Below, piece after piece: positions 48,313-57,405 of a stretch of 64,000 bases of DNA. The DNA comes from Dehalococcoidales bacterium (lineage in GTDB: Bacteria > Chloroflexota > Dehalococcoidia > Dehalococcoidales > CSSed11-197). Location of the stretch: contig JAQUNW010000004.1 of the NCBI GenBank assembly GCA_028717385.1, positions 4,756-68,755 of the forward strand, given 5' to 3'. The notes below the pieces were generated by a model that was not told the DNA's origin, made no database searches, and worked only from the letters and a program-made list of their open reading frames with translations. The position numbers and the translations under genes were made by a program. How positions within the stretch are numbered: position 1 is the first letter of the stretch; every line of letters starts with the position of its first letter.

Positions 48313-50037
48313 CTAGGATATTTCTTTAGTAACAAAGGCAATAGTTTCAGGTTTTCTATCTGATTTTTCCCAGTAACTCTTAAATTCCTGTACCTGGGGA
48401 GTATCGACATTGATAATAGATTGAATTGTACTATAAGCTATCGACTGGTATAGCAATTCTACATTTACAGTAAAAGGGCCACTTGATGAAGATGTGTCCA
48501 CCTGATAGCCTACAGAATCAGACCCACCGGTAAAATTACTATCAGTCAAGGCATCACCCCAAACCGCGTACATTTCTCCGGCAGTTTGCTTATCAAAACC
48601 GGATGGCAAGAGACGATTGTCCTTGGCGTATCCCGAAGCCTCCAGCAATTTGTGAGTCACTCCACCATCAACGTTATGCAAAATGGCTTCGTATATTTGC
48701 ACCTGATCGGCAGAGGTAATAACATCGTAATGCGGTTCATATGTATAGATATCGGCATCGGCATTATTGCCGCTGATAGTACCATCATTATTGGGTTTAC
48801 CGGATTCAAAAATTACTTTACCATTTTTATCCAGCACCTGCACATGCAACCATACCCTTCGGGATGGAAATCCTGTAGGCAGCTTATGCCCGGTATGATC
48901 TTCAACTTTGACAGTGAATAGCAGGTTATTTCCGCTCATTTCTGATTCCAGAATTGAAACCGAAGCTGTATCCTGGCCAAGCTGATTAATGGCACGTTCT
49001 ATTGTAGCGTTGAATTGAGCTGAAGAAGAAGTAACCGCCAAAGCATCAGGATTGTCACGAAGAATTTTAATCATATGGGTATTGCCGCCAACGAAATAAT
49101 GCTGGCTGAACGGTCCTTTGGCATCGATATGAGGAGGGATGTTGGATGTTTTAACCTTACCATCAGCATAAGGCATGTGGCATGTCTGGCAATTTTTTTC
49201 ACCAGGATAACTGGAGTGCAGCCATTCGAGGTATGGTACCTGTTCCGGAAAAGTACCTTGCACTTCGCCATTGCCATCAATATATGGAGTAATTACCGTA
49301 TGACAGGTAGCACAGAGCCCGGATTCACTCAAATGTTGGCCTTCTACCGGCTTGAACCCAGAACTCGCCATCATCATTTGCTGATCAGGATCTTCAAACT
49401 GGGAAAATATCAGCCGGTTGGGTGAAACCGTCGTAGTATCGACAATATAACCGCCGGCAAAGGTATCCGCCTGCCCAAGACCTTCAGCTTGAATTTGGTG
49501 GCAAAGGGTACAGGATACACCATCGATACCTGCGTTATGCAAATCATTTGAAGTATTCAAAAATCCATCCCCAAACAACAGCGAAGTCAATCCGTCTTTC
49601 GTTGCCTGGGTACGCGCCATCGGAGTATGGCAGGTACCGCATACATCTTCAATTACGCCCTGGAGATGGGGAGCATTTTTAATTTCAGCACTAACCTTAG
49701 CGAGAAAATATGGATCCCTGGCAGCATTTGCCATCATGGTAGAGCGCCAGTGAGAATCCATTGACACATCGTTTCCGCTTTCATCCTGCAGCCTTGAGTG
49801 ACACAATGCGCAATTACTGGATCCGGCAAAACTGCCGCTATCAAAACTAACCAGCGCCAACCCTTCGTGATCGGCAACGGGAGTAGTAGGGGGAGTAGTT
49901 GTCGGCTCGGTGGATGTGGCGGGAGTAGTGGTTTTATCCCCAGTTCCGCAAGCAGAAATAGTTCCGGCTACCAGAAACAGTGTAACCAGAAAGGCTGTAA
50001 ATAAGGTAACGTTTTGCCTATTGCGTATTTTCCTCAT
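48313..50037 (-). CDS. multiheme c-type cytochrome lipoprotein (five CxxCH motifs)
   Basis: 574 aa. It has a signal peptide with lipobox ISAC and a Thr/Pro-rich linker. Five CxxCH motifs follow: CALCH, CGTCH, CTLCH, CATCH and CQTCH. The last ~230 aa form a heme-free C-terminal domain. Confidence 0.88.
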   Translation of the reverse strand: MRKIRNRQNVTLFTAFLVTLFLVAGTISACGTGDKTTTPATSTEPTTTPPTTPVADHEGLALVSFDSGSFAGSSNCALCHSRLQDESGNDVSMDSHWRSTMMANAARDPYFLAKVSAEIKNAPHLQGVIEDVCGTCHTPMARTQATKDGLTSLLFGDGFLNTSNDLHNAGIDGVSCTLCHQIQAEGLGQADTFAGGYIVDTTTVSPNRLIFSQFEDPDQQMMMASSGFKPVEGQHLSESGLCATCHTVITPYIDGNGEVQGTFPEQVPYLEWLHSSYPGEKNCQTCHMPYADGKVKTSNIPPHIDAKGPFSQHYFVGGNTHMIKILRDNPDALAVTSSSAQFNATIERAINQLGQDTASVSILESEMSGNNLLFTVKVEDHTGHKLPTGFPSRRVWLHVQVLDKNGKVIFESGKPNNDGTISGNNADADIYTYEPHYDVITSADQVQIYEAILHNVDGGVTHKLLEASGYAKDNRLLPSGFDKQTAGEMYAVWGDALTDSNFTGGSDSVGYQVDTSSSSGPFTVNVELLYQSIAYSTIQSIINVDTPQVQEFKSYWEKSDRKPETIAFVTKEIS

Positions 50038-50154
50038 TGTTTGTTCCTTTCTGCCAACCAGTTGGCAAAATAATGCTAAGATAATAGAGATTAATTCAAA
50101 ACCAACTAGAAGTCAATTATATTCATATATATTCTTAATAATAACATTTTTTCT

Positions 50155-50739
50155 TTATTCTATACACAACCTGGCCGAATGCAGCCTGTTATACATTGCT
50201 CCGCTGGGAGAAAGCTGGCTGCTCATCAGGCTGATAGTAGCCACCCGAACTTGATTATGTGCTATGTATGCCATGCTGCCAATAACAGATGCTATTGTTT
50301 GCTGCATTACAGGTGTTATTCCTTGTCTTGCTCTTGCCAAAGTCAAATGGGGTGCGAACCGACGCTTTGCCGGCTCAAATCCCAACTCAACCATATTTGC
50401 TTCAACCTCTCCAGCAAGCATTTGCAATCTACCCAGTTCACCAGTCAGCCCCACCCATAAAACCTGAGCCCGGCTCAATGCCGGAAAAGCTCCCAATCCC
50501 TTGAAGCCAATTTCAAAGGGATTGAACTGACGCGACACAACATCCAGCTTGTCAGCTATACTATCAGCTTTCGCCCGATTACTGTAACCAAGGAATTTTA
50601 AAGTTATATGCAGGCTTTGGGGAGATGCCCATTTTAAATCATCAAGACCCTGTTGTTGCAGAGCTTTTTGAAGCCGCCCCAGCTCTGTTTTGGTATCATC
50701 AGGCAGCTCAATGGCTACGAACAAGCGCAGGCTCTCCAT
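50155..50739 (-). CDS. thpR: RNA 2',3'-cyclic phosphodiesterase (2H family, ThpR/LigT)
   Basis: 194 aa. Two HxT/S motifs are present: HITLKFLG and HLTLARA. Confidence 0.9.
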   Translation of the reverse strand: MESLRLFVAIELPDDTKTELGRLQKALQQQGLDDLKWASPQSLHITLKFLGYSNRAKADSIADKLDVVSRQFNPFEIGFKGLGAFPALSRAQVLWVGLTGELGRLQMLAGEVEANMVELGFEPAKRRFAPHLTLARARQGITPVMQQTIASVIGSMAYIAHNQVRVATISLMSSQLSPSGAMYNRLHSARLCIE

Positions 50740-51590
50740 TAGTTGCCCTCCATTTGAATTGAAAACAGTCTGCTCGCATTAGACCCCAGCACCCTATTTT
50801 TATCCTCCCTCCCAAAACCAGCATCGAAAAGGTATTCCAAAGCCCTCTTCTGGCTGATGAGCGGAAAATCGCTCCCAAACAGTATTTTTTCTACGCCAGC
50901 AAGCTCAGCCGTAATCCGATAAGCACGGCTTTCGTAAAGATATGGCATTGCAGCACTGTCATAATAAACGTTCCGGCAGCCCTGTTTTACTTCCGGTTGT
51001 AGAAGGTAAAACGGTAAACCCCCACCCAAATGCCCGAGTATAATTTTTACGTCCGGGTATTGTTTTACGAACTTATACACATTTTCAGGCGTCAATTTCC
51101 CCTTGCCCGGATATAAATGACCGGTTGGTTCTGATGCATGCATCATGAGCACCATATCATGTGCTGCCAGATAATCCATCACCTGACCGATTGCTTCTTC
51201 ATTTGCAGGAGCATCTCCGCCAATAACCGGACGCAGTTCTCCTATACCGGCTAATCCTCCGGTTCGAATACGTTCAAGCTCCTGTAACGGATTGGTTGCC
51301 ATATTAATTACAACCATTCCTAATCCGATAATCCGCCCGTGAAACCTTTTTACGGCATCTATAATGTAATCGTTATGAGCAGAACACAGACCGGCATCAC
51401 CCCAACTGATTGCTGCAGCCACTGAAACGTCTACTCCTGATTCATCCATGCTGGCTACCAGATCTTCAGCAGTTACCATGCACGCTTTCTGGTTTGCGTA
51501 CAATTCGGCAAAGCACGTATCTGTTATTAGCTCTTCCCTGCGGGCAATAAAGTCCGGCGGGAAAATATGGGTATGAGAATCAATAATCAT
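50739..51590 (-). CDS. amidohydrolase-2 family metal-dependent hydrolase
   Basis: 283 aa. MIIDSHTHIFP.. is the N-terminal HxH motif of the TIM-barrel amidohydrolases. Confidence 0.8.
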   Translation of the reverse strand: MIIDSHTHIFPPDFIARREELITDTCFAELYANQKACMVTAEDLVASMDESGVDVSVAAAISWGDAGLCSAHNDYIIDAVKRFHGRIIGLGMVVINMATNPLQELERIRTGGLAGIGELRPVIGGDAPANEEAIGQVMDYLAAHDMVLMMHASEPTGHLYPGKGKLTPENVYKFVKQYPDVKIILGHLGGGLPFYLLQPEVKQGCRNVYYDSAAMPYLYESRAYRITAELAGVEKILFGSDFPLISQKRALEYLFDAGFGREDKNRVLGSNASRLFSIQMEGN

Positions 51591-51638
51591 AATGATTGAT
51601 TATAACCGATTCTCGGAAGGTGTTCACGTGTTATTACA

Positions 51639-52592
51639 TCAGGCGTTCAAGTCCTGCCTTCGGAAGACGCCGTAAGCCCCGGCAATAAATACAACAATAT
51701 AGCCAGCAAGTATCAAAACTGGCTTCCATAAAAACCCGTCAAATCCTTCAGCCCCTCCTATAGACAGCAGCTGGGATGTGTTATAACTGATAAAATAGAC
51801 GCTGGTATCTGCCAGCCACCCGGTTGACATGGAAACAAGAGCCAGCACAATACTTTCCCCAATAAACCATGCCACCGCTACTGCCATCCCGGCCATCGCA
51901 GAACGCAGTGCCACCGCAAAAAAGTTTGCCATGGCCAGATACACTGCAATAACCAGAAAGCTGCATCCAAGGGAAGTGAAAAACCAGGCTGCAAACCCCT
52001 CCCATAATATCGCCCCTTCCACCAACAGACTGGTAATAATGGTAGCGATAAAACCAGCCAAAACTGCAATAAGAATCCCGGCGGCGGCGCCAATGGCTGA
52101 AGTTAAGAGTTTAGCGACAAAATAGGACAAACGGCTGGTACCCCGGGCAATAGACTGGCGGACGGTTCCCCATGCGTATTCGTTGCCTATAACGGAAGCG
52201 GCAAATACGATTACCAAAAACATACCAAAGCCGGGAACCGAATTAAAAACGTTCTCCATTGCCCCGGGCAAAACCAGCGACTGTTTATAGCGGGCAAGTT
52301 GTCGGGCAAGGAAGGAACTTTCAAAATCAAAACTCGAACCTGGCTCAGGATGAGGCAGGCCGGTAATTTCCGTTGAACCATCCGGGTTGATGATGACTTC
52401 CACATCGTTAAGCTCGGGGTATTTGCTTAAAATATCGTTGTAATTAATATAGTTAATCACTATCGGCAGCAGCACACTGGCAAGCATCACCACCATCAAT
52501 ACGTAGGGCAACCAGCGTTTTCTAAGCTTGAAAAATTCTGTTTTTAGCTGATTAAGCACTTCCCGCCTCCTGATACCCCTCTTCGATAGCAT
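51639..52592 (-). CDS. ABC-2 type exporter permease
   Basis: 317 aa. One N-terminal TM helix, a large loop and 5 C-terminal TM helices. It lies downstream of and overlaps the ABC ATPase. Confidence 0.75.
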   Translation of the reverse strand: MLSKRGIRRREVLNQLKTEFFKLRKRWLPYVLMVVMLASVLLPIVINYINYNDILSKYPELNDVEVIINPDGSTEITGLPHPEPGSSFDFESSFLARQLARYKQSLVLPGAMENVFNSVPGFGMFLVIVFAASVIGNEYAWGTVRQSIARGTSRLSYFVAKLLTSAIGAAAGILIAVLAGFIATIITSLLVEGAILWEGFAAWFFTSLGCSFLVIAVYLAMANFFAVALRSAMAGMAVAVAWFIGESIVLALVSMSTGWLADTSVYFISYNTSQLLSIGGAEGFDGFLWKPVLILAGYIVVFIAGAYGVFRRQDLNA

Positions 52593-53493
52593 CCAGAAAG
52601 AAATCTTCCAGCGAATTGGATGATTTTTTCATTTCGAATACTTTTATACCGGAACGCACCAGCATTTCGTTGATGTCAGGGTGCTTTGCTTCATCAGCAG
52701 TTATATACAAATACTCATCGTCTGCTTCAATAGTGCTTATCCATGAAACATCTGCAAGCAGTAAGGAAGCAGCATTGATGTCATTTACCTTCATTTCCAG
52801 TGTATTGCCTCCGTGTAAAAGTTCCTCAACCGGTCCCCGGGCGATCACTTTGCCCCGGTTTAACACTGCCACATAGTTACACACCTGCTCAACTTCATGG
52901 AGTAGATGGGACGAAAGAAAGATTGTCTTGCCCTGCTCGCCAAGCTGTCTGATAATATCCCTGATATCGATGATGCCGGAAGGATCCAGCCCATTAGTAG
53001 GCTCATCCAGGATGATAAGTTCCGGGTCGCTAAGTAGTGCAAGCGCAATAGAAAGCCGCTGGCGCATACCCAGTGAATAAGTCCGGGATGGGCTGCCGGC
53101 TCTTTTCGCCAACCCGACAATATCAAGAACTTCATCAATTTTGCGGTAGTCTACTACTCCTCTCATACGGGCAAACACTTCCAGATTGTCACGACCAGAC
53201 AAATAAGGGTACATGGGCGAGTTTTCAAGCACAGAACTGGTACGCTCAAGTAGTTTTGGGCCTTCCTGACTCATGTTCTGGCCAAAAAGCTCTATAGAGC
53301 CGGCTGATGGCCGGATTAATCCCAGTAACATGCCAATGGTGGTAGTTTTTCCGCTCCCATTTGGCCCCAAACACCCAAAGATACTGCCCTGGGGAACTTC
53401 GATGTTTAAATTATCTACCGCAACCATCTTCTTACGGGCAGTATTGAAATGTTTGGTTAATCCACAGGTCCGGATAACAATGCTCTGTTCCAA
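52552..53493 (-). CDS. ABC transporter ATP-binding protein (ABC-2/DrrA-like)
   Basis: Walker A GPNGSGKTT, signature YSLGMRQRLSIALAL and Walker B LILDEPTNGLD are present. The likely start is TTG at 53493, preceded by GGAAGGAG; the track ATG at 53559 adds 22 residues. Confidence 0.9.
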   Translation of the reverse strand: MEQSIVIRTCGLTKHFNTARKKMVAVDNLNIEVPQGSIFGCLGPNGSGKTTTIGMLLGLIRPSAGSIELFGQNMSQEGPKLLERTSSVLENSPMYPYLSGRDNLEVFARMRGVVDYRKIDEVLDIVGLAKRAGSPSRTYSLGMRQRLSIALALLSDPELIILDEPTNGLDPSGIIDIRDIIRQLGEQGKTIFLSSHLLHEVEQVCNYVAVLNRGKVIARGPVEELLHGGNTLEMKVNDINAASLLLADVSWISTIEADDEYLYITADEAKHPDINEMLVRSGIKVFEMKKSSNSLEDFFLDAIEEGYQEAGSA

Positions 53494-53632
53494 TAGTAAC
53501 TCCTTCCATACACAGCAAATTTTTCTATAGTGGTATTTGCTGATTAAACTTGTTATCAATACCAGGTGCGCTTTACTATTTCGCTAAAAGCTTAACACAT
53601 GATTGCAGTCTGTGGAGGATAATAAACCGGTT

Positions 53633-54571
53633 TTATATAATCAGCAAACCTACCACCGCCAGAGCCGCAATCGGCGGCAATGCAGGCATAGCCCGGCCTT
53701 TAAGAAAAACAGCTTGGATTATATAAGCCAATACCAGCCCACCAAATCCAAAAATTGCAATTGTAATCGCCGGGACCAATCCCTCGGAGAAATAAACCGC
53801 AGCAGTCAACAAACCCGGAAACGCGATATCCCCTCCGCCCAGAATAGAATAGCTGCGCGCATCGGACTTTGACTCAAGGATATCTGTAATCCCTTCTTTT
53901 TTCAGATTCAGTTTCCACCCATGGTGGTCTTTGGGAATCACAATCGCCGGAAGTGTATCCGATTTTGCCAGGCGGTCAGCCATCCATGTCATAAATCCAA
54001 AACGTACCGCCAGGAAATCATACACCGCCAGGGCCAGTATAATTACCATAGCTGTCCACGGCGAAATGAACCGGCCGAATACAGAAGCAACGGCTGCCAG
54101 AGCTGCTACCAATGCCAGGTTATGGAGCCACACAAAGGGTTTGGCAAACCAGATAACCCCGAGCATAACAGCTATGGCTATTGCAGCCTGATAAGGCAGG
54201 TAAAACACGCTGATAACAAATGCCCCCCAGCCAAACAAGGCCGCAAACAACACTCTCAGAAGTATTTTTAGTGCCCAGAGAGGTATAAAAAAGAGTACCA
54301 GCCCCAAAATAACCGCTACGGCAATAATATAAATCACCACCGGCCCGGCAGAGGAGTATGCCGGCGCCTCGATTATGTCACCGGATGGGGTAGTGATCTC
54401 TCCCGGCCACCAGATTACTTCTTCGGAAGGCTGGCTTGGTACGTATATTTCCTTCTCTTCAAAAAAAGGGTCCATCCTGGTCACTACCAGAAAAACAAGA
54501 AGGTGGGCGATCACAAAAAGCAAAAGACTCCAATGGACTGGGTTAAATTTTAAGTAATTTTTCAGATTCAT
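53633..54571 (-). CDS. presenilin / signal-peptide-peptidase-like intramembrane aspartyl protease (A22 family, DUF1119-type)
   Basis: 312 aa and polytopic. It carries LAVYD185FLAV, LGGGD248IAFPG and MP296ALPP, which is the YD...GxGD...PAL triad in the canonical order. Confidence 0.8.
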   Translation of the reverse strand: MNLKNYLKFNPVHWSLLLFVIAHLLVFLVVTRMDPFFEEKEIYVPSQPSEEVIWWPGEITTPSGDIIEAPAYSSAGPVVIYIIAVAVILGLVLFFIPLWALKILLRVLFAALFGWGAFVISVFYLPYQAAIAIAVMLGVIWFAKPFVWLHNLALVAALAAVASVFGRFISPWTAMVIILALAVYDFLAVRFGFMTWMADRLAKSDTLPAIVIPKDHHGWKLNLKKEGITDILESKSDARSYSILGGGDIAFPGLLTAAVYFSEGLVPAITIAIFGFGGLVLAYIIQAVFLKGRAMPALPPIAALAVVGLLII

Positions 54572-54707
54572 TGCGGAGAGTACCTTCCATTAAAACCCTG
54601 GTATTATCGTCCAGGGTTATTATTTCAGCCGATGTTAACATATTTTAACGCATATCTTGTAAAAAAGTTACCGGCGTTATCCGTATGAATCGATATTGAA
54701 ATCCGCT

Positions 54708-54736
54708 AAAAAAGAAGCCCTGCATATGCAGGGCTT
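54708..54736 (-). terminator. intrinsic terminator downstream of rubrerythrin
   Basis: Stem AAGCCCTGCA (54715-24) / TGCAGGGCTT (54727-36). CTTTTTT follows on the minus strand. Confidence 0.8.
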
Positions 54737-54763
54737 TAAAACACCATTACGGGTAATGATTAT

Positions 54764-55342
54764 CTAATAGTTTTCAGCCAGAATTTCGTAGTAGGCTTTA
54801 GCGTGTTTGCATGCAGGGCATTCATCCGGAGCTTCGGTGCCTTCATGAATATAACCACAATTTGTGCAGTGCCATTTTACCGGCTTATCCCGTTTAAACA
54901 CCTTGCCTTCGGCAATATTTTTGGCTAGTTTACGATATCTTTCTTCGTGAAATTCTTCAACTTCGGCAATTTCTTTAAATGATACTGCAATATCCTCAAA
55001 CCCTTCCTGTCGGGCAGTTTTTTCTGCCTCTGCATAGATTATACTCCACTCCATTTTTTCACCATCAGCAGCAGCCTTAAGATTTGCTAAAGTGTTTCCA
55101 ATTACACCTGCCGGAAAAGACCCAGTAATTTCAACTTCGCCACCTTCGAGGTACTTAAAAAACACCTCGGCGTGTTCCTTTTCATTTTGCGCAGTCTCGG
55201 TGAAAATAACAGCAATTTGCTCGTAACCTTCCTTGCGAGCCTGACTTGCAAAGAAAGTGTAGCGATTTCTTGCCTGGGATTCTCCGGCGAAAGCAGCCAG
55301 CAGGTTCTTTTCTGTTTGGGTACCTTTAATAGTTTTGCTCAT
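54764..55342 (-). CDS. rbr: rubrerythrin
   Basis: 192 aa. A diiron ferritin-like domain (E..E..H twice) and a C-terminal rubredoxin-like CTNCG..x12..CPAC are present. Confidence 0.95.
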   Translation of the reverse strand: MSKTIKGTQTEKNLLAAFAGESQARNRYTFFASQARKEGYEQIAVIFTETAQNEKEHAEVFFKYLEGGEVEITGSFPAGVIGNTLANLKAAADGEKMEWSIIYAEAEKTARQEGFEDIAVSFKEIAEVEEFHEERYRKLAKNIAEGKVFKRDKPVKWHCTNCGYIHEGTEAPDECPACKHAKAYYEILAENY

Positions 55343-55527
55343 ATATCCTCCATCCTTTCTAAGAACTTAACCACAAATAGGTTTTTATGGTATCATAACG
55401 GGGAATTTAATACGGGCTTAAGTGTAAATCCGTAGTCTATTGTTTTGTTAGTATTTGATATTAATAGTGATCATTATACCTGAATTGGATGATTGGCACA
55501 ACAAATAGCCTGAAGTGAATAAGTAAT

Positions 55528-55557
55528 TTGACACTAACTTAAGCCAATTGATAGAAT
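55528..55557 (+). promoter_or_regulatory. candidate promoter of rplU-rpmA-rpmE
   Basis: TTGACA (55528-33), 18 nt, TAGAAT (55552-57). Confidence 0.45.
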
Positions 55558-55591
55558 TATTGGTTGTTTGTAATCAAGGAGGGCTGGTACA

Positions 55592-55972
55592 ATTTACGCA
55601 ATAATTGAAACAGGCGGGAAACAGCACCGTGTAGTTCCCGGTGACAGCCTCAATGTTGAATTGCTGGCCGTTGAAGAAGGTAGCACCATTGAGCTGGAAA
55701 GGGTATTGCTTGTCGGTGAGGGGGATAAAATACTGGTAGGCAAACCTACCATCGATGGGGCTAAAGTCTTTGCTAAAGTAAATAACCATGGCCGAGGTAA
55801 GAAGGTTTTGGTGTACCGCTATAAGGCAAAGACCCGTTATTCCAACAAACTCGGACATCGCCAACATTTTACCAATATTACTATAGAAAGAATTGACGTA
55901 CCGGAGTTAAAGACCAAAACTACCAGAAAGAGCTCCGATCCGAACACAGAGGAGAAGCAGGATGGCGCATAA
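55592..55972 (+). CDS. rplU: 50S ribosomal protein L21 (apparent ATT start codon)
   Basis: The frame encodes (I/M)[29 protein letters not shown].., the universally conserved L21 N-terminus. An in-frame TAA at 55571-73 leaves ATT 55592 as the only near-cognate start. GGAGG (55578-82) lies 9 nt upstream. The track start at 55661 would delete 23 conserved residues. Confidence 0.85.
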   Translation: MYAIIETGGKQHRVVPGDSLNVELLAVEEGSTIELERVLLVGEGDKILVGKPTIDGAKVFAKVNNHGRGKKVLVYRYKAKTRYSNKLGHRQHFTNITIERIDVPELKTKTTRKSSDPNTEEKQDGA

Positions 55973-56216
55973 AAAAGGAGGCGGTTCTTCTCGCAATGGA
56001 CGTGACTCGAAACCCAAAATGCTGGGCGTGAAACGTTTCGCAGGAGAGCAGGTAACCGCTGGGACAATCATCGTCAGGCAGAGAGGTACCAGGATTCATC
56101 CCGGGGAGAACGTTGGTCTCGGCAGAGACCACACCCTTTATGCCCTGATAGATGGCCAGGTGGTTTTTGAACCCTATGATAAAACTCGCCGTCAGGCCAG
56201 CGTGAGGGCTAGCTAA
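55962..56216 (+). CDS. rpmA: 50S ribosomal protein L27
   Basis: 84 aa. [16 protein letters not shown] is the canonical L27 start. Confidence 0.98.
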   Translation: MAHKKGGGSSRNGRDSKPKMLGVKRFAGEQVTAGTIIVRQRGTRIHPGENVGLGRDHTLYALIDGQVVFEPYDKTRRQASVRAS

Positions 56217-56218
56217 TT

Positions 56219-56425
56219 ATGAAAGAAAAAATCCATCCAAAATATTTTGAAGATGCCGAGGTAATTTGTTCCTGCGGCAACATTATTACTACCGGTTCGG
56301 TAAGAAAAACCACCAAGGTTGAACTTTGTTCGAAATGCCATCCGTTCTATACCGGTGAGCAGCGCATTGTTGATACTGCTGGCCGGGTAGAGCGCTTCAA
56401 ACAACGCTACAACCTTAAAAGTTAA
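56219..56425 (+). CDS. rpmE: 50S ribosomal protein L31 (Cys-containing form)
   Basis: 68 aa. MKEKIHPKY.., CSCG...[10 protein letters not shown]. Confidence 0.96.
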   Translation: MKEKIHPKYFEDAEVICSCGNIITTGSVRKTTKVELCSKCHPFYTGEQRIVDTAGRVERFKQRYNLKS

Positions 56426-56450
56426 GGCGGGGCAGGCTTTAATAGCTGAA

Positions 56451-56485
56451 AAGGGCGGCAAGTTATACTAAGCCGCCCTTTTTTA
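56451..56485 (+). terminator. intrinsic terminator after rpmE
   Basis: Stem AAGGGCGGC (56451-59) / GCCGCCCTT (56472-80), followed by TTTTTT. Confidence 0.8.
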
Positions 56486-56498
56486 TCAGGATGACAAC

Positions 56499-57404
56499 AT
56501 GAGCGATTGCAAAGTAAATTATGGTGGCCAGGCAGTGATGGAAGGGGTAATGATGCGCGGTAAAGAATTCGCAGTTACCGCTGTCCGCAATCCTGCTGGC
56601 AAAGTTGTGATCCGCGCTCAGAAACTGGGGCGTATATATACCGGTAAGTTAAGAAAAACCCCTTTTCTTCGAGGCATCATCGTATTAGTGGAATCTCTCG
56701 TGCTGGGGCTTTCCAGTCTGTCATGGTCAGCTAACGTAGCCCTGGAAGAAGAGGCTGAAAATGGCGAAACAAAGCAGGAGATTTCCTCCGCCTGGACATG
56801 GGCAATTATGGCGGTCTCGTTTATTTTTGGTATAGCCCTCTTTTTTGTCCTCCCCTTGCTTCTTACCCGTCTTCTGGACTCGGTGATAGAATCATCCATT
56901 CTGTTCCACCTGGTCGAAGGGGTAATCAGGTTGGCGATCTTTTTGCTATACCTGAAAATAATATCTACCATGTCAGACATAAAGCGTGTATTTTCCTACC
57001 ACGGGGCGGAGCATAAAACTATTAATGCCTATGAACATGGCGAGCCTCTGAAGCCAGAATATATCCAAAAATATTCCACCGCCCATGCTCGTTGCGGAAC
57101 TGCATTCCTTCTTTCAGTAATGGTACTTGCGATACTGGTATTCAGTCTGGTCGGGAAACAGGTTTTGTGGCTGATGATATTGACTCGTATCTTGCTGCTC
57201 CCAGTTATTGCGGCTCTGGGATATGAAATAACCCAACTATGCTCACGCCATATGTCTAACTTGCTGGCAAGGATTATTATTGCTCCCGGAATGTGGCTTC
57301 AAAGCCTGACCACCGGTGAACCAGACGACAATCAAGTTGAGGTAGCGGTAGCCGCTCTTGAAGAAGTGATCCGGCAGGAGAACGGAGCTACCACATCAGC
57401 TTGA
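56499..57404 (+). CDS. DUF1385-family membrane protein (YqhQ-like)
   Basis: 301 aa. N-terminal ..YGGQAVMEGVMMRG.. and ..YHGAEHK.I..YE.. motifs are typical of DUF1385. Confidence 0.8.
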   Translation: MSDCKVNYGGQAVMEGVMMRGKEFAVTAVRNPAGKVVIRAQKLGRIYTGKLRKTPFLRGIIVLVESLVLGLSSLSWSANVALEEEAENGETKQEISSAWTWAIMAVSFIFGIALFFVLPLLLTRLLDSVIESSILFHLVEGVIRLAIFLLYLKIISTMSDIKRVFSYHGAEHKTINAYEHGEPLKPEYIQKYSTAHARCGTAFLLSVMVLAILVFSLVGKQVLWLMILTRILLLPVIAALGYEITQLCSRHMSNLLARIIIAPGMWLQSLTTGEPDDNQVEVAVAALEEVIRQENGATTSA

Positions 57405-57405
57405 T

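Noticed and set aside
54594-54618. 8-bp hairpin (AACCCTGG / CCAGGGTT) about 20 nt upstream of the presenilin-like gene start
   Set aside because: Only about four U residues follow on the minus strand, and two of them are part of the stem. It could be a weak second terminator for rbr or a 5'UTR structure. I cannot distinguish these from sequence alone.
55457-55478. AT-rich Fur/PerR-like box (GATATTAATAGTGATCATTATA) upstream of rubrerythrin
   Set aside because: It resembles the ATAATGAT core of Fur-family boxes, but the dyad symmetry is poor (about 4 of 6 per half-site however I align it). It lies about 115-135 nt from the rbr start in a generally AT-rich spacer. That is not enough support to call.
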